This document shows, piece after piece, positions 1 through 8,796 of a DNA stretch of 64,000 nucleotides. Origin of the DNA: a virus. Position 1 is the first letter of the stretch; the number at the start of each line of letters is the position of its first letter. The translations under genes were made by a program, and so were the position numbers. The notes below the pieces were generated by a model. That model was not told the DNA's origin, searched no databases, and saw only the letters and a list, made by a program, of their open reading frames with translations. The DNA lies in the IMG/VR virus record IMGVR_UViG_3300017963_000217, positions 1 to 64,000 of that record. The stretch is one strand, 5' to 3'.

Positions 1-26
1 AACAAAAGAATTACTGGAGGAACCAA

Positions 27-488
27 ATGAATTACAAGATTAAACCTTTAGAATGGGAGTATGAAGACATATCTGGAATATATGATGATTTGGAAGGGGA
101 GTGGAGTGCTTATAATGTATTTGGGTGCTTTTTCATAAAGAAGTACAAAGACAAGGATGAGTTGTTAGTTAGTTGTGTTTTTTATGGTTCTGATAGAACG
201 TACTATGATGCAAACTCATTAGAAGATGGCAAACGTATTTGCGAAAAAATATGGGAAGATAGACTTAAAAAGTGCTTAATTGAGGATAATATGAAGTGGC
301 ATGAATCGTTTAGAGATCAAATGATAGAGTGTCGAGATAGTGGGAACTCATTCATAATAAAGAACCCAGCAAAACCGAAAGATAGTATAATTGTATGCGC
401 ATATTTCAAAACTTATTGCCATTCCAAGGCTTGTTTAGATAAACGATGTGCAGAAGAATATAAAAGAATTAAGGATGATATCTATTAA
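27..488 (+). CDS. hypothetical phage protein
   Basis: 153-aa ORF with GGAGG SD; no recognisable family. Confidence 0.6.
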   Translation: MNYKIKPLEWEYEDISGIYDDLEGEWSAYNVFGCFFIKKYKDKDELLVSCVFYGSDRTYYDANSLEDGKRICEKIWEDRLKKCLIEDNMKWHESFRDQMIECRDSGNSFIIKNPAKPKDSIIVCAYFKTYCHSKACLDKRCAEEYKRIKDDIY

Positions 489-509
489 AATTAAAGAGGG
501 AAATAAATA

Positions 510-1208
510 ATGAAAAAAGATTCTCTTGGGGATAGAATGAAATCTAATTATGAGAATAGATATAGAATAAAATTATCCCGCAGAACACCGGTTATTATAA
601 GATTAGATGGTAAATCATTTCATAGACTAACTAAAAAATATGATAGACCTTTTGATGCTAGATTTCAAGAAGTAATGCAAAATACAGCTTTGAATCTTTG
701 CTTAAAAATACAAGGAGCTAAATGTTCATATACACAATCAGATGAAATATCTATTCTATTGACAGACTTCGATAAACTTACAACCGATGCATGGTTTGAT
801 TACAATCTACAAAAAATAGTATCAATATCAGCTGCTGAAGCATCTGCTTATTTTAGCAAAAATCTAGAGGGAAGTAAAATAGCTGTGTTTGATAGCCGAG
901 CTTTTAATATACCTAAAGAAGAAGTTTGTAATTATTTCATATGGAGACAGCAAGATTGGATACGTAATTCAGTATCTATGTTAGCTCAATCCTATTATTC
1001 GCACAAAGAATTGCATAAAAAGAATTTGTCAGATATGCATGAAATGATATTCAAGAAACGAGATAACTGGGCTAACTTAGATGCAAAATGGAAGAATGGT
1101 GTATTATTATTAAAAAATGATCAAGGTGATTGGGAATCAAGATCCGATGTTATATTTACAAAGAACAGAGAAATAATATATCAATTAATGATACCTATTG
1201 AAGAATAA
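510..1208 (+). CDS. Thg1-like tRNA(His) guanylyltransferase / 3'-5' polymerase
   Basis: LGDRMK..YE, IIRLDGKSFH, YTQSDEISIL, FDSRAF, YFIWRQQD..RNS motifs. Confidence 0.93.
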   Translation: MKKDSLGDRMKSNYENRYRIKLSRRTPVIIRLDGKSFHRLTKKYDRPFDARFQEVMQNTALNLCLKIQGAKCSYTQSDEISILLTDFDKLTTDAWFDYNLQKIVSISAAEASAYFSKNLEGSKIAVFDSRAFNIPKEEVCNYFIWRQQDWIRNSVSMLAQSYYSHKELHKKNLSDMHEMIFKKRDNWANLDAKWKNGVLLLKNDQGDWESRSDVIFTKNREIIYQLMIPIEE

Positions 1209-1227
1209 ATTAATAAAGGAGAATTAA

Positions 1228-1638
1228 ATGCCATACGTAGTAAAGAAAAGAAGACCCGATCTTGATAAAGTTGTAGATCTTTTAGTAGCGTCTAATTTGG
1301 TATATGGAGAATTCGAAAGTTTTTTATATCACCTTGCATTTAATGTAAGATCATTGTGGTCGTTCCGTTTGTCAAAAGCATTAGAGATGGTAAGAAGTGT
1401 GGGAGTAAAACCTAATGGCGATATAAATTATATAATTTTTAAATACTGCAAATATCATATTGACCCATCCTATAATAATTACAAAAACTTTATGGGTGAA
1501 ATATATAGAGCCGCAACCAATTATACAGGTATTTCCGATGCTTACAAAGATGAGTATAGAGAATCGGAACAATGGATTAGAATAAAATTACTAACGCCTT
1601 ATGAGGAAAAAGCTATTAAAAGAAATGGAGATGTGTAA
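1228..1638 (+). CDS. conserved phage hypothetical protein (MPY..., GDINYII, PYEEKAI..NGDV)
   Basis: ORF with SD AAGGAG; motif pattern common in phage small proteins. Confidence 0.6.
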   Translation: MPYVVKKRRPDLDKVVDLLVASNLVYGEFESFLYHLAFNVRSLWSFRLSKALEMVRSVGVKPNGDINYIIFKYCKYHIDPSYNNYKNFMGEIYRAATNYTGISDAYKDEYRESEQWIRIKLLTPYEEKAIKRNGDV

Positions 1639-1805
1639 TGACAATATATTTTGAATGTCCTTGGTGTGGTAGGGAGGACGATATTGAGTTTGAGTATGTA
1701 CCAATAGAAAATTATTGTAGTTATTGTAATGGTAAGATAGCAATATATATTTTAAAAGGATGGGGGTCAGAAAAAAAGAATGAAATTTGTAAAGAAGAAA
1801 CCTAA
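1638..1805 (+). pseudogene. small Zn-ribbon protein split by a 1-nt frameshift near 1703
   Basis: ATG1638 frame gives ECPWCG; the -1 frame continues NYCSYCNGK...TAA1805, completing CxxC..CxxC. Confidence 0.5.
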
Positions 1806-2220
1806 AAGCGAGATAATATATCTGGCTTTGCCATATATGCACGAGAATAAGTTTATTATGGAGTTCAGGGCTATGGTATCTGACGTTATATGCGCAGATC
1901 TGATGAACAAGGGTCATATAGTTTATGCTCCTATAAGTTCATGTCATTACATAGCTGTAAAATATGGGCTACCGAGGCAATGGGAGTTCTGGGCTAAAAT
2001 GGACGAAGAGTTTATAAAAGTAAGTGGTAAAGTATTAGTAATTACCCTTAAAGGATGGAAAGAATCTGTTGGTGTTAAGGCTGAAATGGAGATAGCTAAA
2101 AAATATGGAGTACCAATAGAGTTTATAGATCCAGAGCCTTATATTAGTTTACGTAAATTTTCTAACCCGCCGAAATCTGATAGTGGTATGGAGGAAATTG
2201 AGGAGAATAAACATGAGTAA
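1780..2220 (+). CDS. DUF1937 / nucleoside deoxyribosyltransferase-like protein
   Basis: IYLALPY, VYAPI, GWKESVGVKAEMEIAK motifs. Confidence 0.75.
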   Translation: MKFVKKKPKSEIIYLALPYMHENKFIMEFRAMVSDVICADLMNKGHIVYAPISSCHYIAVKYGLPRQWEFWAKMDEEFIKVSGKVLVITLKGWKESVGVKAEMEIAKKYGVPIEFIDPEPYISLRKFSNPPKSDSGMEEIEENKHE

Positions 2221-2415
2221 AAAAATAGCAAATGCAAGAAAAACAATGGCGGAAGCCTTCGAAAAAGATCCTGGTTTTAGAGATGTATACCAAGCTAATA
2301 TAACCATGTATATCTGGGATAGGAAAAGAGAAGGCAAAACATTTAATAAAGAACAATGTAATGAAGTAGCTGATGGATTGATAAAATTGATTTTTGAATC
2401 GTAAGGAGAATTAAT

Positions 2416-2994
2416 ATGAATGAGGAATTAAATGAACTTTATAAAAAAATAGAAGCTCTGTTTCCTAATGTAGAAGAATCGGAACTAATTACAGGAGAAT
2501 TATCAGAAATAAATCCAAAGAAACGGCACTATATTTATTTAGCCGGAGCAATTAGTGATGATATGAGGACGTATGAATGGAGAGATGAATTTACCGAATC
2601 ATTTAAGGATGAACCAAGAGTGGTTATTGTAAATCCTTGCGCTAATCAAGCGGAGTTGGCTCTAAAGAACAAAACCAAGGGCGGGCTAAACTATGTAAAA
2701 GCTATAACCAAAGTTTCGCAAAAGATATTACGTGCTAAAGACTATCAGTTGGTCAAGATTAGCAACATCATCGTTGTGCATCTTGGTTTCACTACGCACG
2801 ACAAGCCTCTTGTAGGAACCATACAAGAATTAGCATGGGCACACGACATCTTTTATACGCCCATTATTGCTATAACTTCTGGCATTGACAATATATACAC
2901 CAATCACCCATGGGTCGACGAATGTTGCAGTGCTAAAGTTGAGACTGTGGCGGAAGCCGTGAATATAGTAAATACATTCTTTATGGACTATTAA
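2416..2994 (+). CDS. nucleoside 2-deoxyribosyltransferase-like protein
   Basis: IYLAGAI, VNPC, D..LVK.SNIIVV, GTIQELAWA motifs. Confidence 0.7.
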   Translation: MNEELNELYKKIEALFPNVEESELITGELSEINPKKRHYIYLAGAISDDMRTYEWRDEFTESFKDEPRVVIVNPCANQAELALKNKTKGGLNYVKAITKVSQKILRAKDYQLVKISNIIVVHLGFTTHDKPLVGTIQELAWAHDIFYTPIIAITSGIDNIYTNHPWVDECCSAKVETVAEAVNIVNTFFMDY

Positions 2995-3731
2995 ATGAAA
3001 TTCTTATTACCAATACAAAAACAACAATATGGTCCAGCAAAAGATTTATTTTGCGCAAAATGTTTAACCCATGAAAGGCATTTCGAAGGGGGAGGGAGTT
3101 GGTCTCCAGATTTATGTCCATGTGGATGTGAGGACACTATTATATGGCACAAAATGAGTTTATCACAAAAATTTATAGCTCAAAAAGTTTATTGGGAAAA
3201 TGAAGAGAAAATAAAGGATATTCAAGATGGATAAACTGGAAAAAGTTAAAAAAATAGAATATCTAAAGGATCATTCCGCATGTACAGACCTACAGCGAAA
3301 TGCGCTTGGAAAGATGTTTCAGAGAACACTACGAGAAATGTTCGATGAGTTGTGCGAGGAATATAATATTTGTAACATATGTGGTAAAGATTTAAAGATG
3401 AATCAAAAGCTAATGATCGATCATTATCCAAGCACATTTGTTTATAGAAATATTTGCCCAGATTCAGAATGTAAATATAATAAAATCTTAATAAGAAGGC
3501 TACGAGAACAACCTTTTTAAATGCAGGAGAATAATATGAACAGACCACGGTATATTAAAGTTAGATTACATGGTGGAAATAGTTATATTCAACCTGTCAG
3601 CGAGATATTTACAGCAATAGATGGCGAGTTAGACGGTCTGTGTATAGGAGATAAAATAACATTAGATTTTGAGGCTGTGGATATTACGGACGAAGAGTAT
3701 GAAAATTTACCAGAATTTGAGGGGCATTAAA

Positions 3732-4426
3732 ATGAAATTAAGAATTAAGGATATTAAGTTTTATATTAAAAGAAAATATGCTGATATAAGAAATTTAGAT
3801 ATGGGGGGGGGTATCAAAAGCTATTTTGGAATAAAGATAATATTATAGAATTTTGGCTAGAGGGATTCAATAATGAAGGTCTTGACAAAGCCTTTGTTCA
3901 TCTACATGAGATATATAAAAATATTTTGCGAGAAGATCCACAATGGCATTATTTTTACGAAGATCACTATAGTTTAATTAGATGTTCTTACAAGTATTGT
4001 TATAGGGTTAAGAAATATCTTGATGATAATAATATAAGATATGAATGGCCTATAAAAACATGGAATGAAAACACATACATGACTTGTGAGTATAAGCATA
4101 TTTACACTGAATTATTTCATTTATTTTCCACCTTGGTTATGGAAATGTATGAAAAGGATGATGGTATCTATTTATATCACGCATCTGATAGGATTATACA
4201 TCCATTTCTAAATCATGCATTGTATCTAGCAGTTATATCTGGACAAACAGAGTGGTATGAAGAACGGGGGTTTGACGTACAGGAGTGGGAATCTATAAAA
4301 ATGATGGATTTAGCCAGAGGTAGGGCTCACCATATAGGTGTGATAGTCGGTGAAAAGAATGTAATAAAAAGAATCACTGAACGAGAGATGGAAAAAGAAA
4401 AGGAGGGTCTAGCAAATTCGGAATAA
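3732..4426 (+). pseudogene. hypothetical protein frameshifted at a G9 tract (3803-3811)
   Basis: ATG3732 frame stops soon after the G run; the frame of ORF 3926-4426 is open from 3785; one extra G joins them. Confidence 0.55.
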
Positions 4427-4437
4427 TATTCTATAAT
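4407..4437 (+). promoter_or_regulatory. sigma70-type promoter CTAGCA-N17-TATAAT
   Basis: GTCTAGCAAA...ATATTCTATAAT, near-identical to 22230-22260. Confidence 0.65.
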
Positions 4438-4511
4438 ATTGATAGGGACAATTCCATAATTGCAGCTTACGCTGACGCCGTGTAGGTAAAATTATATAGG
4501 AGCTGTCAGTT

Positions 4512-5072
4512 ATGGAATCAATACTAAAACAGGGGAAAAATATGGAACTAAAAACAGGAGATATAATATTTACCTCCAAAGAATCCATAATAGTTAGATT
4601 TATGCGACTATTTCAAAAGGATCCTGTTTTTTGGGGGCATGTTTTAATCGCTAAAGATAATGAAACCGCATGGGAAGCGGGACCAGTATTGAGAGAAACC
4701 GATATAAAATGGAAGTTATTAAAAGAGTCCTCATGGAAAATAATCAGAAAAAAAGACCTCACTGAACATCAAAAAGAAATAATGAAAAAAGTGGCTCCTA
4801 AATTATTGGGGCAGCCTTATAGTATTTCTCGTATTATTCTACAATTACTGGACCACGTATTTGATACAAACGGATTCACCATGATATTTGGAAATAAATA
4901 TTCCCAGGTATGTTCTAGTTATGTAGCTTGGATATACTGGGTTGCTTGTAAACATAAATTCAACGGGGTAGAGTGGCAATCCTGTGACCCAGATGATATA
5001 GAAGATGATCAAATAAACAACCCTAATTTATGGGAGATAATAACTACATACGGAAAGCAGAGGGAAATGTAA
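4512..5072 (+). CDS. permuted papain-like NlpC/P60 (YiiX/YebB-type) enzyme
   Basis: GDIIF..., WGHV (His) N-terminal to VCSSYVA (Cys). Confidence 0.7.
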   Translation: MESILKQGKNMELKTGDIIFTSKESIIVRFMRLFQKDPVFWGHVLIAKDNETAWEAGPVLRETDIKWKLLKESSWKIIRKKDLTEHQKEIMKKVAPKLLGQPYSISRIILQLLDHVFDTNGFTMIFGNKYSQVCSSYVAWIYWVACKHKFNGVEWQSCDPDDIEDDQINNPNLWEIITTYGKQREM

Positions 5073-5114
5073 TAAATAGGACTGGAAATAATAAATAACA
5101 CAAGGAATAATTAA

Positions 5115-5660
5115 ATGGAAATTTTAAGTAAAACAGAAAGACAAATATTAATTAATCAATACGAAATATTAAAAATACTGGATAGCAAGGAGTCTGCATA
5201 TTATAGTAGCTGCATAAATATATTACGTAATGGATATGAATGGCTATATCACCGCAATATTTCAGATTTACCAGATACTATGCCAAGTAATGAGAGCCAA
5301 TTTGTAGTAGAAGTACTTATGATGTACCAATTTATACATGATTTTATAAAGTCTAACCCCGAGTATGATGAAATTTCGAACCATAGTTACGCATATTTCT
5401 GTGGGTTTGATGGGAATAATGAGAGCCAATATATGGGATTTACCAGATTTTTTGTCGATGATATGAATCGATTTGAAAATTTAAAATTTCATAGTAATAA
5501 GGATAGATTTAATAGTCATTGCCCCATGGCAAATAAATATAGAGGTATGATCAATAAATGTAAGTCATTTGGTATTAAAACTAGTTCTTCGATTTCAAAA
5601 GAAGAGGTTTTGGAAATTTTAAATGCTGAACCCGAAACTAAATACAAGATTATATCATAA
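5115..5660 (+). CDS. YfbU family protein
   Basis: ERQILINQYEILKILD, FCGFDGNNE, NSHCPM..KY motifs. Confidence 0.85.
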   Translation: MEILSKTERQILINQYEILKILDSKESAYYSSCINILRNGYEWLYHRNISDLPDTMPSNESQFVVEVLMMYQFIHDFIKSNPEYDEISNHSYAYFCGFDGNNESQYMGFTRFFVDDMNRFENLKFHSNKDRFNSHCPMANKYRGMINKCKSFGIKTSSSISKEEVLEILNAEPETKYKIIS

Positions 5661-5663
5661 TGG

Positions 5664-6038
5664 GTGTATAAAAAAATGGGCGATTTAGGAAAATATTTCA
5701 ACAAACATGAGTTTGAGTGTAAATGTGGTTGTGGTAAAATAGATATGGGTAAAAATTTTATATCCAAATTAGATTTAGCCAGAGAAATTTCAGATACCTC
5801 TTACGTTATAAACAGCGGATATAGATGCGAATCACATAATGATGCTGTAGGAGGAAAATCTGATTCCGCTCATTTAAAAGGATTGGCAGCAGACATTAAA
5901 GCTACTGACTCTAGAAAAAAATTCAATGTAATTAAAGGATTAATAGAAGCAGGCTTTAATAGAATAGGCATTGATAAAGAGTTTATACATGTAGATTTCG
6001 ATGATACTAAAGATAAAGATGTTATATGGTTGTATTAA
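5664..6038 (+). CDS. peptidase M15A (Zn D-Ala-D-Ala peptidase, probable endolysin)
   Basis: FECKCGCG, INSGYRC..HN..VGG..SAH..G.AADI, FIHVD. Confidence 0.9.
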   Translation: MYKKMGDLGKYFNKHEFECKCGCGKIDMGKNFISKLDLAREISDTSYVINSGYRCESHNDAVGGKSDSAHLKGLAADIKATDSRKKFNVIKGLIEAGFNRIGIDKEFIHVDFDDTKDKDVIWLY

Positions 6039-6484
6039 ATAATTAAGGAGTATTTATTATGGGATGGTGTTCAGGAACACGGATATTTGACGCCTTTTGT
6101 AGCATAATGTTTGATCCAGAAAATACAGATTTCAACGAAATTTTAAAGCAGTTTATAGAAGAACTTGAATATATGGATTGGGATTGTCATCGGGATAGCG
6201 CTTATTGGGACACTCCCGTTGTCCAAAAAGCTATGAGGGAATTACATCCAGATTGGTTTGAGGACAAAGAAATTTAATCAGTGGTTTAATTTGGATTAAT
6301 AACTGTTAACTTATATGTTGTGCGCCATAGCCAAATAGATAGACACTGAGGGGGGAGATGGGACACGATGTATTTATGAATAGGTTAAGAACAGATATTA
6401 ATAAGAAACATGAAGTAATGCATCAACACCGATAATAAACTATCCATTTATAATAGAGGATTTATATTTTATTAAGGAGGGCAC

Positions 6485-6544
6485 ATGAAATTTTTTGTGC
6501 ATAATAGCGATGCCTTTTAGTTAAATTTATAACTAGGAGGTATC
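6485..6544 (+). promoter_or_regulatory. leader peptide MKFFVHNSDAF-amber (6485-6520) with hairpin sequestering the SD of ORF 6548
   Basis: own SD AAGGAGG; GATGCCTTTTAGTTA (6509-6523) pairs over 15 bp (incl. G-U) with TAACTAGGAGGTATC (6530-6544). Confidence 0.7.
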
Positions 6545-6547
6545 ATT

Positions 6548-7120
6548 ATGTATATCATAGAACCATATAAGGCAAAAATTCGTCTTATAAGTAATTTGAA
6601 TGGTCTTGTAGAGGTGTATCCTAACTACGAGTCCTTTCTTAATAATTTAACCTACGATTTCATAGATAAACGCATTGTAACCACTTTCAAAGATTGGCCG
6701 AATGTTAACTGGTGGTTATGGGGATTAAGGGAATCAAGATACGAACTTTTCGTTGTCCGTGACGAGTTCGGCAGTGTTTTTAGTCGCACAGAAATTTATA
6801 ACGACTTTAAAGAAATACGCGCTAAAAAACATACCTCTAAATGGATCGAATTTTGGAATCGCAGATATGATTTTGTATATAGATATACACCGGTTCCTCG
6901 TACAGGTAAAATAAGAAGTCATTTCGGTAATTATTATAAACGACCTAAAACTACGCAAGAGCGTAGATGGTCTTTTGCTCATGTGAAATACGTAAGAGGT
7001 AAAAGACGTTCTCATGTGCTACCCAATGTTTGGGATGACAAACAGAGAGGTGACATAGATAACAGAAAATGTTGGAAAAACAAAAAAATAAAAAAGCAGT
7101 GGATGAAAAATCTTGGTTAA
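6548..7120 (+). CDS. basic phage hypothetical protein (PKTTQERR / LPNVWDD / KKQW C-terminus)
   Basis: 190-aa ORF with strong SD and Arg/Lys/Trp-rich C-terminal region. Confidence 0.65.
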   Translation: MYIIEPYKAKIRLISNLNGLVEVYPNYESFLNNLTYDFIDKRIVTTFKDWPNVNWWLWGLRESRYELFVVRDEFGSVFSRTEIYNDFKEIRAKKHTSKWIEFWNRRYDFVYRYTPVPRTGKIRSHFGNYYKRPKTTQERRWSFAHVKYVRGKRRSHVLPNVWDDKQRGDIDNRKCWKNKKIKKQWMKNLG

Positions 7121-7238
7121 TTAAAGTTGAAATGAATTCTGAAGAATGCCCTGAAAGATTTAAGAAATGGAATCCTCCAAAAAATGGGTATTTCTGTAAA
7201 ATCAGTAATAAAAGATGTAGTAAAACAAATTGCAAAAA

Positions 7239-7312
7239 GCGGGCATAGCTCAGTGGTAGAGCATCTGGTTGCCATCCAGAATACGGGAGTTCGATTCTCC
7301 TTGTCCGCTCCA
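7239..7312 (+). tRNA. tRNA-Gly(GCC)
   Basis: cloverleaf GCGGGCA/TGTCCGC, anticodon loop TTGCCAT, TTCGA, encoded CCA. Confidence 0.95.
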
Positions 7313-7332
7313 AATAAATAAGGGGAGATACG

Positions 7333-7503
7333 ATGGATAGAAAAAAATTGTTAAGACGTAAAAAAGTATTAACAAATCAGATTCGTATTTTCAAGAAAAA
7401 GATTGTAGATTCAACATCGGAAAGCACAGAACAGATGCTACTTGAAAAGTTGGAGGATATAAGAGCAAGTTTATCTAAAATAGAAAAAAGACTGAGATCG
7501 TAA
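7333..7503 (+). CDS. small basic coiled-coil protein (56 aa, below ORF-track cutoff)
   Basis: SD GGGGAG, ATG7333..TAA7503. Confidence 0.55.
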   Translation: MDRKKLLRRKKVLTNQIRIFKKKIVDSTSESTEQMLLEKLEDIRASLSKIEKRLRS

Positions 7504-7658
7504 TGTTTGAGGACTTAATAAAAGAAAAGAAAAAACAAATAGAAGAACAAATGGATAGTAATGTATATTTATATTGCACAATGTGTGGATATACGATGAA
7601 AGCAATGGTAAATATTTGTCCAATTTGTGGCGCCGCCATGATAGGCGCACCTGAGTAA
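7503..7658 (+). CDS. small rubredoxin-like Zn-ribbon protein (51 aa)
   Basis: TAATG overlap; CTMCGY...CPICGA. Confidence 0.65.
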   Translation: MFEDLIKEKKKQIEEQMDSNVYLYCTMCGYTMKAMVNICPICGAAMIGAPE

Positions 7659-7669
7659 AAGGAGTAGAC

Positions 7670-7723
7670 ATGACATAGATTCATAAAATGGAATATGGGT
7701 AGGTTGCCAGAGGGCCTCCTTGA
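7670..7723 (+). promoter_or_regulatory. leader ORF with two in-frame amber codons ending RGPP-TGA (putative arrest peptide / attenuator)
   Basis: SD AAGGAG; ATG ACA TAG ATT CAT AAA ATG GAA TAT GGG TAG GTT GCC AGA GGG CCT CCT TGA; CTCCTTG complementary to downstream SD CAAGGAG. Confidence 0.7.
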
Positions 7724-7769
7724 ATATTGTCTTAAAAATAAAAATAAAAATTAACAAGGAGACAATATC

Positions 7770-8072
7770 ATGAGACCAAAAATGAAAGAACTTAAATACT
7801 GGCTTATTACCCATGCAACGGAAATCAGAGAAACAAGAAAATTACTAAAAGATGCTCAGAGGAATAGTAAAGCTACTTGGAGATTTCGAGGAGATATAAT
7901 TAGAATGGTTCCAGAGTATAGGCACCATCATATTGCATATTCTGAAATGAAAGGTAGATCTAGAGAACAAATAGAACGTCCCAGAGAAGACAACCTCCCC
8001 AATGAAAATTGGATTGAGGAAATCAAAAAGGAATACTGGGATGAACCAAAGACTTTATGTGTTAGTACGTAA
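7770..8072 (+). CDS. hypothetical protein (RHHHIAYSEMKGRSREQIE motif)
   Basis: 100-aa ORF with SD AAGGAG, overlapping the Pth2-like gene. Confidence 0.7.
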   Translation: MRPKMKELKYWLITHATEIRETRKLLKDAQRNSKATWRFRGDIIRMVPEYRHHHIAYSEMKGRSREQIERPREDNLPNENWIEEIKKEYWDEPKTLCVST

Positions 8073-8331
8073 AGATTTGCCCAAGTCCTATCAAGCTGTT
8101 CAGGCTGGTCATGCAGTAGCTGAATGGTTATTGTATGATCAGTCCTGGCAAAATGAAACACTTGTCTATCTGGGAGTGAATAACGAAAACGAATTATTGG
8201 ATTGGAAAGAGAGATTGGATTTTAATAATATAAAGCACGCGTCATTTAGAGAGCCTGATATAGGAGATCAACTGACTGCAATAGCTACTTTGTCCGACGG
8301 GAAAATTTTTAAAAAGTTGAAATTAATATAA
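8041..8331 (+). CDS. peptidyl-tRNA hydrolase 2 (Pth2)-like protein
   Basis: LYVLVRKDL...QAVQAGHA...LVYL...F.EPDIGDQLTAIA; the canonical GK lysine is not evident. Confidence 0.75.
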   Translation: MNQRLYVLVRKDLPKSYQAVQAGHAVAEWLLYDQSWQNETLVYLGVNNENELLDWKERLDFNNIKHASFREPDIGDQLTAIATLSDGKIFKKLKLI

Positions 8332-8406
8332 GCGCCTGTAGCATAGTGGCTAATGCAGCGGATTCTAAACCCGCTTACAAGGGTTCAATTCCCTTCGGGC
8401 GCTCCA
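8332..8406 (+). tRNA. amber suppressor tRNA (anticodon CUA), Gly-like acceptor stem
   Basis: GCGCCTG TA GCAT AGTGGCTA ATGC A GCGGA TTCTAAA CCCGC TTAC AAGGG TTCAATT CCCTT CGGGCGC T CCA; CTA at 8365-8367 centred in a 7-nt loop. Confidence 0.88.
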
Positions 8407-8439
8407 AGATTTGTAACAAAGTTTGAAAAAGTAAAATAA

Positions 8440-8516
8440 GCCGCTATAGCTCAGTAGGCCAGAGCGCGTCATTGGTAATGACGAGGTCTCCGGTTCAATT
8501 CCGGATAGCGGCTCCA
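8440..8516 (+). tRNA. tRNA-Thr(GGT)
   Basis: GCCGCTA/TAGCGGC acceptor, CGTCA-TTGGTAA-TGACG, CCA. Confidence 0.95.
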
Positions 8517-8547
8517 AATAAATATTTAAAAATAAAGGAGATTTAAA

Positions 8548-8796
8548 ATGGAAGATCAAGTAATGGAAAGCACAGTAGAAACCGAAGAGGTAGTAGAGGA
8601 AGTTAATGCTGAGGAAGAGGAAGCGAAACTAAGACAAGAGAGAATCTCAGCTTGTAATAGAGAAATTACATCTGTTTTAGAAAAGTATGGATGTACGCTA
8701 GATGCAGTTATTACTCTTAGAGCTGGACAGGTAATTCCTGGAATCAAGATTGTACCAATAGAGTTGATGCGGCAATCGCAACCACAACCTGTATAA
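8548..8796 (+). CDS. acidic hypothetical protein
   Basis: 82-aa ORF with SD AAGGAG. Confidence 0.6.
   Translation: MEDQVMESTVETEEVVEEVNAEEEEAKLRQERISACNREITSVLEKYGCTLDAVITLRAGQVIPGIKIVPIELMRQSQPQPV

Noticed and set aside
1638-1805. Programmed frameshift in the small Zn-ribbon gene
   Set aside because: No slippery heptamer seen; fits the pattern of single-base deletions in short homopolymers, probably assembly error.
6320-6370. Additional tRNA (TGCGCCATAGCCAAATAG resembles a tRNA 5' end)
   Set aside because: No anticodon arm, T arm or complementary acceptor strand follows; at most a relic.
8332-8406. Reading this tRNA as Arg(TCT) or as tRNA-Pyl
   Set aside because: Centring TCT destroys the anticodon stem pairing; the canonical D-loop GG, TTC T-loop and 2-nt linker are unlike tRNA-Pyl.
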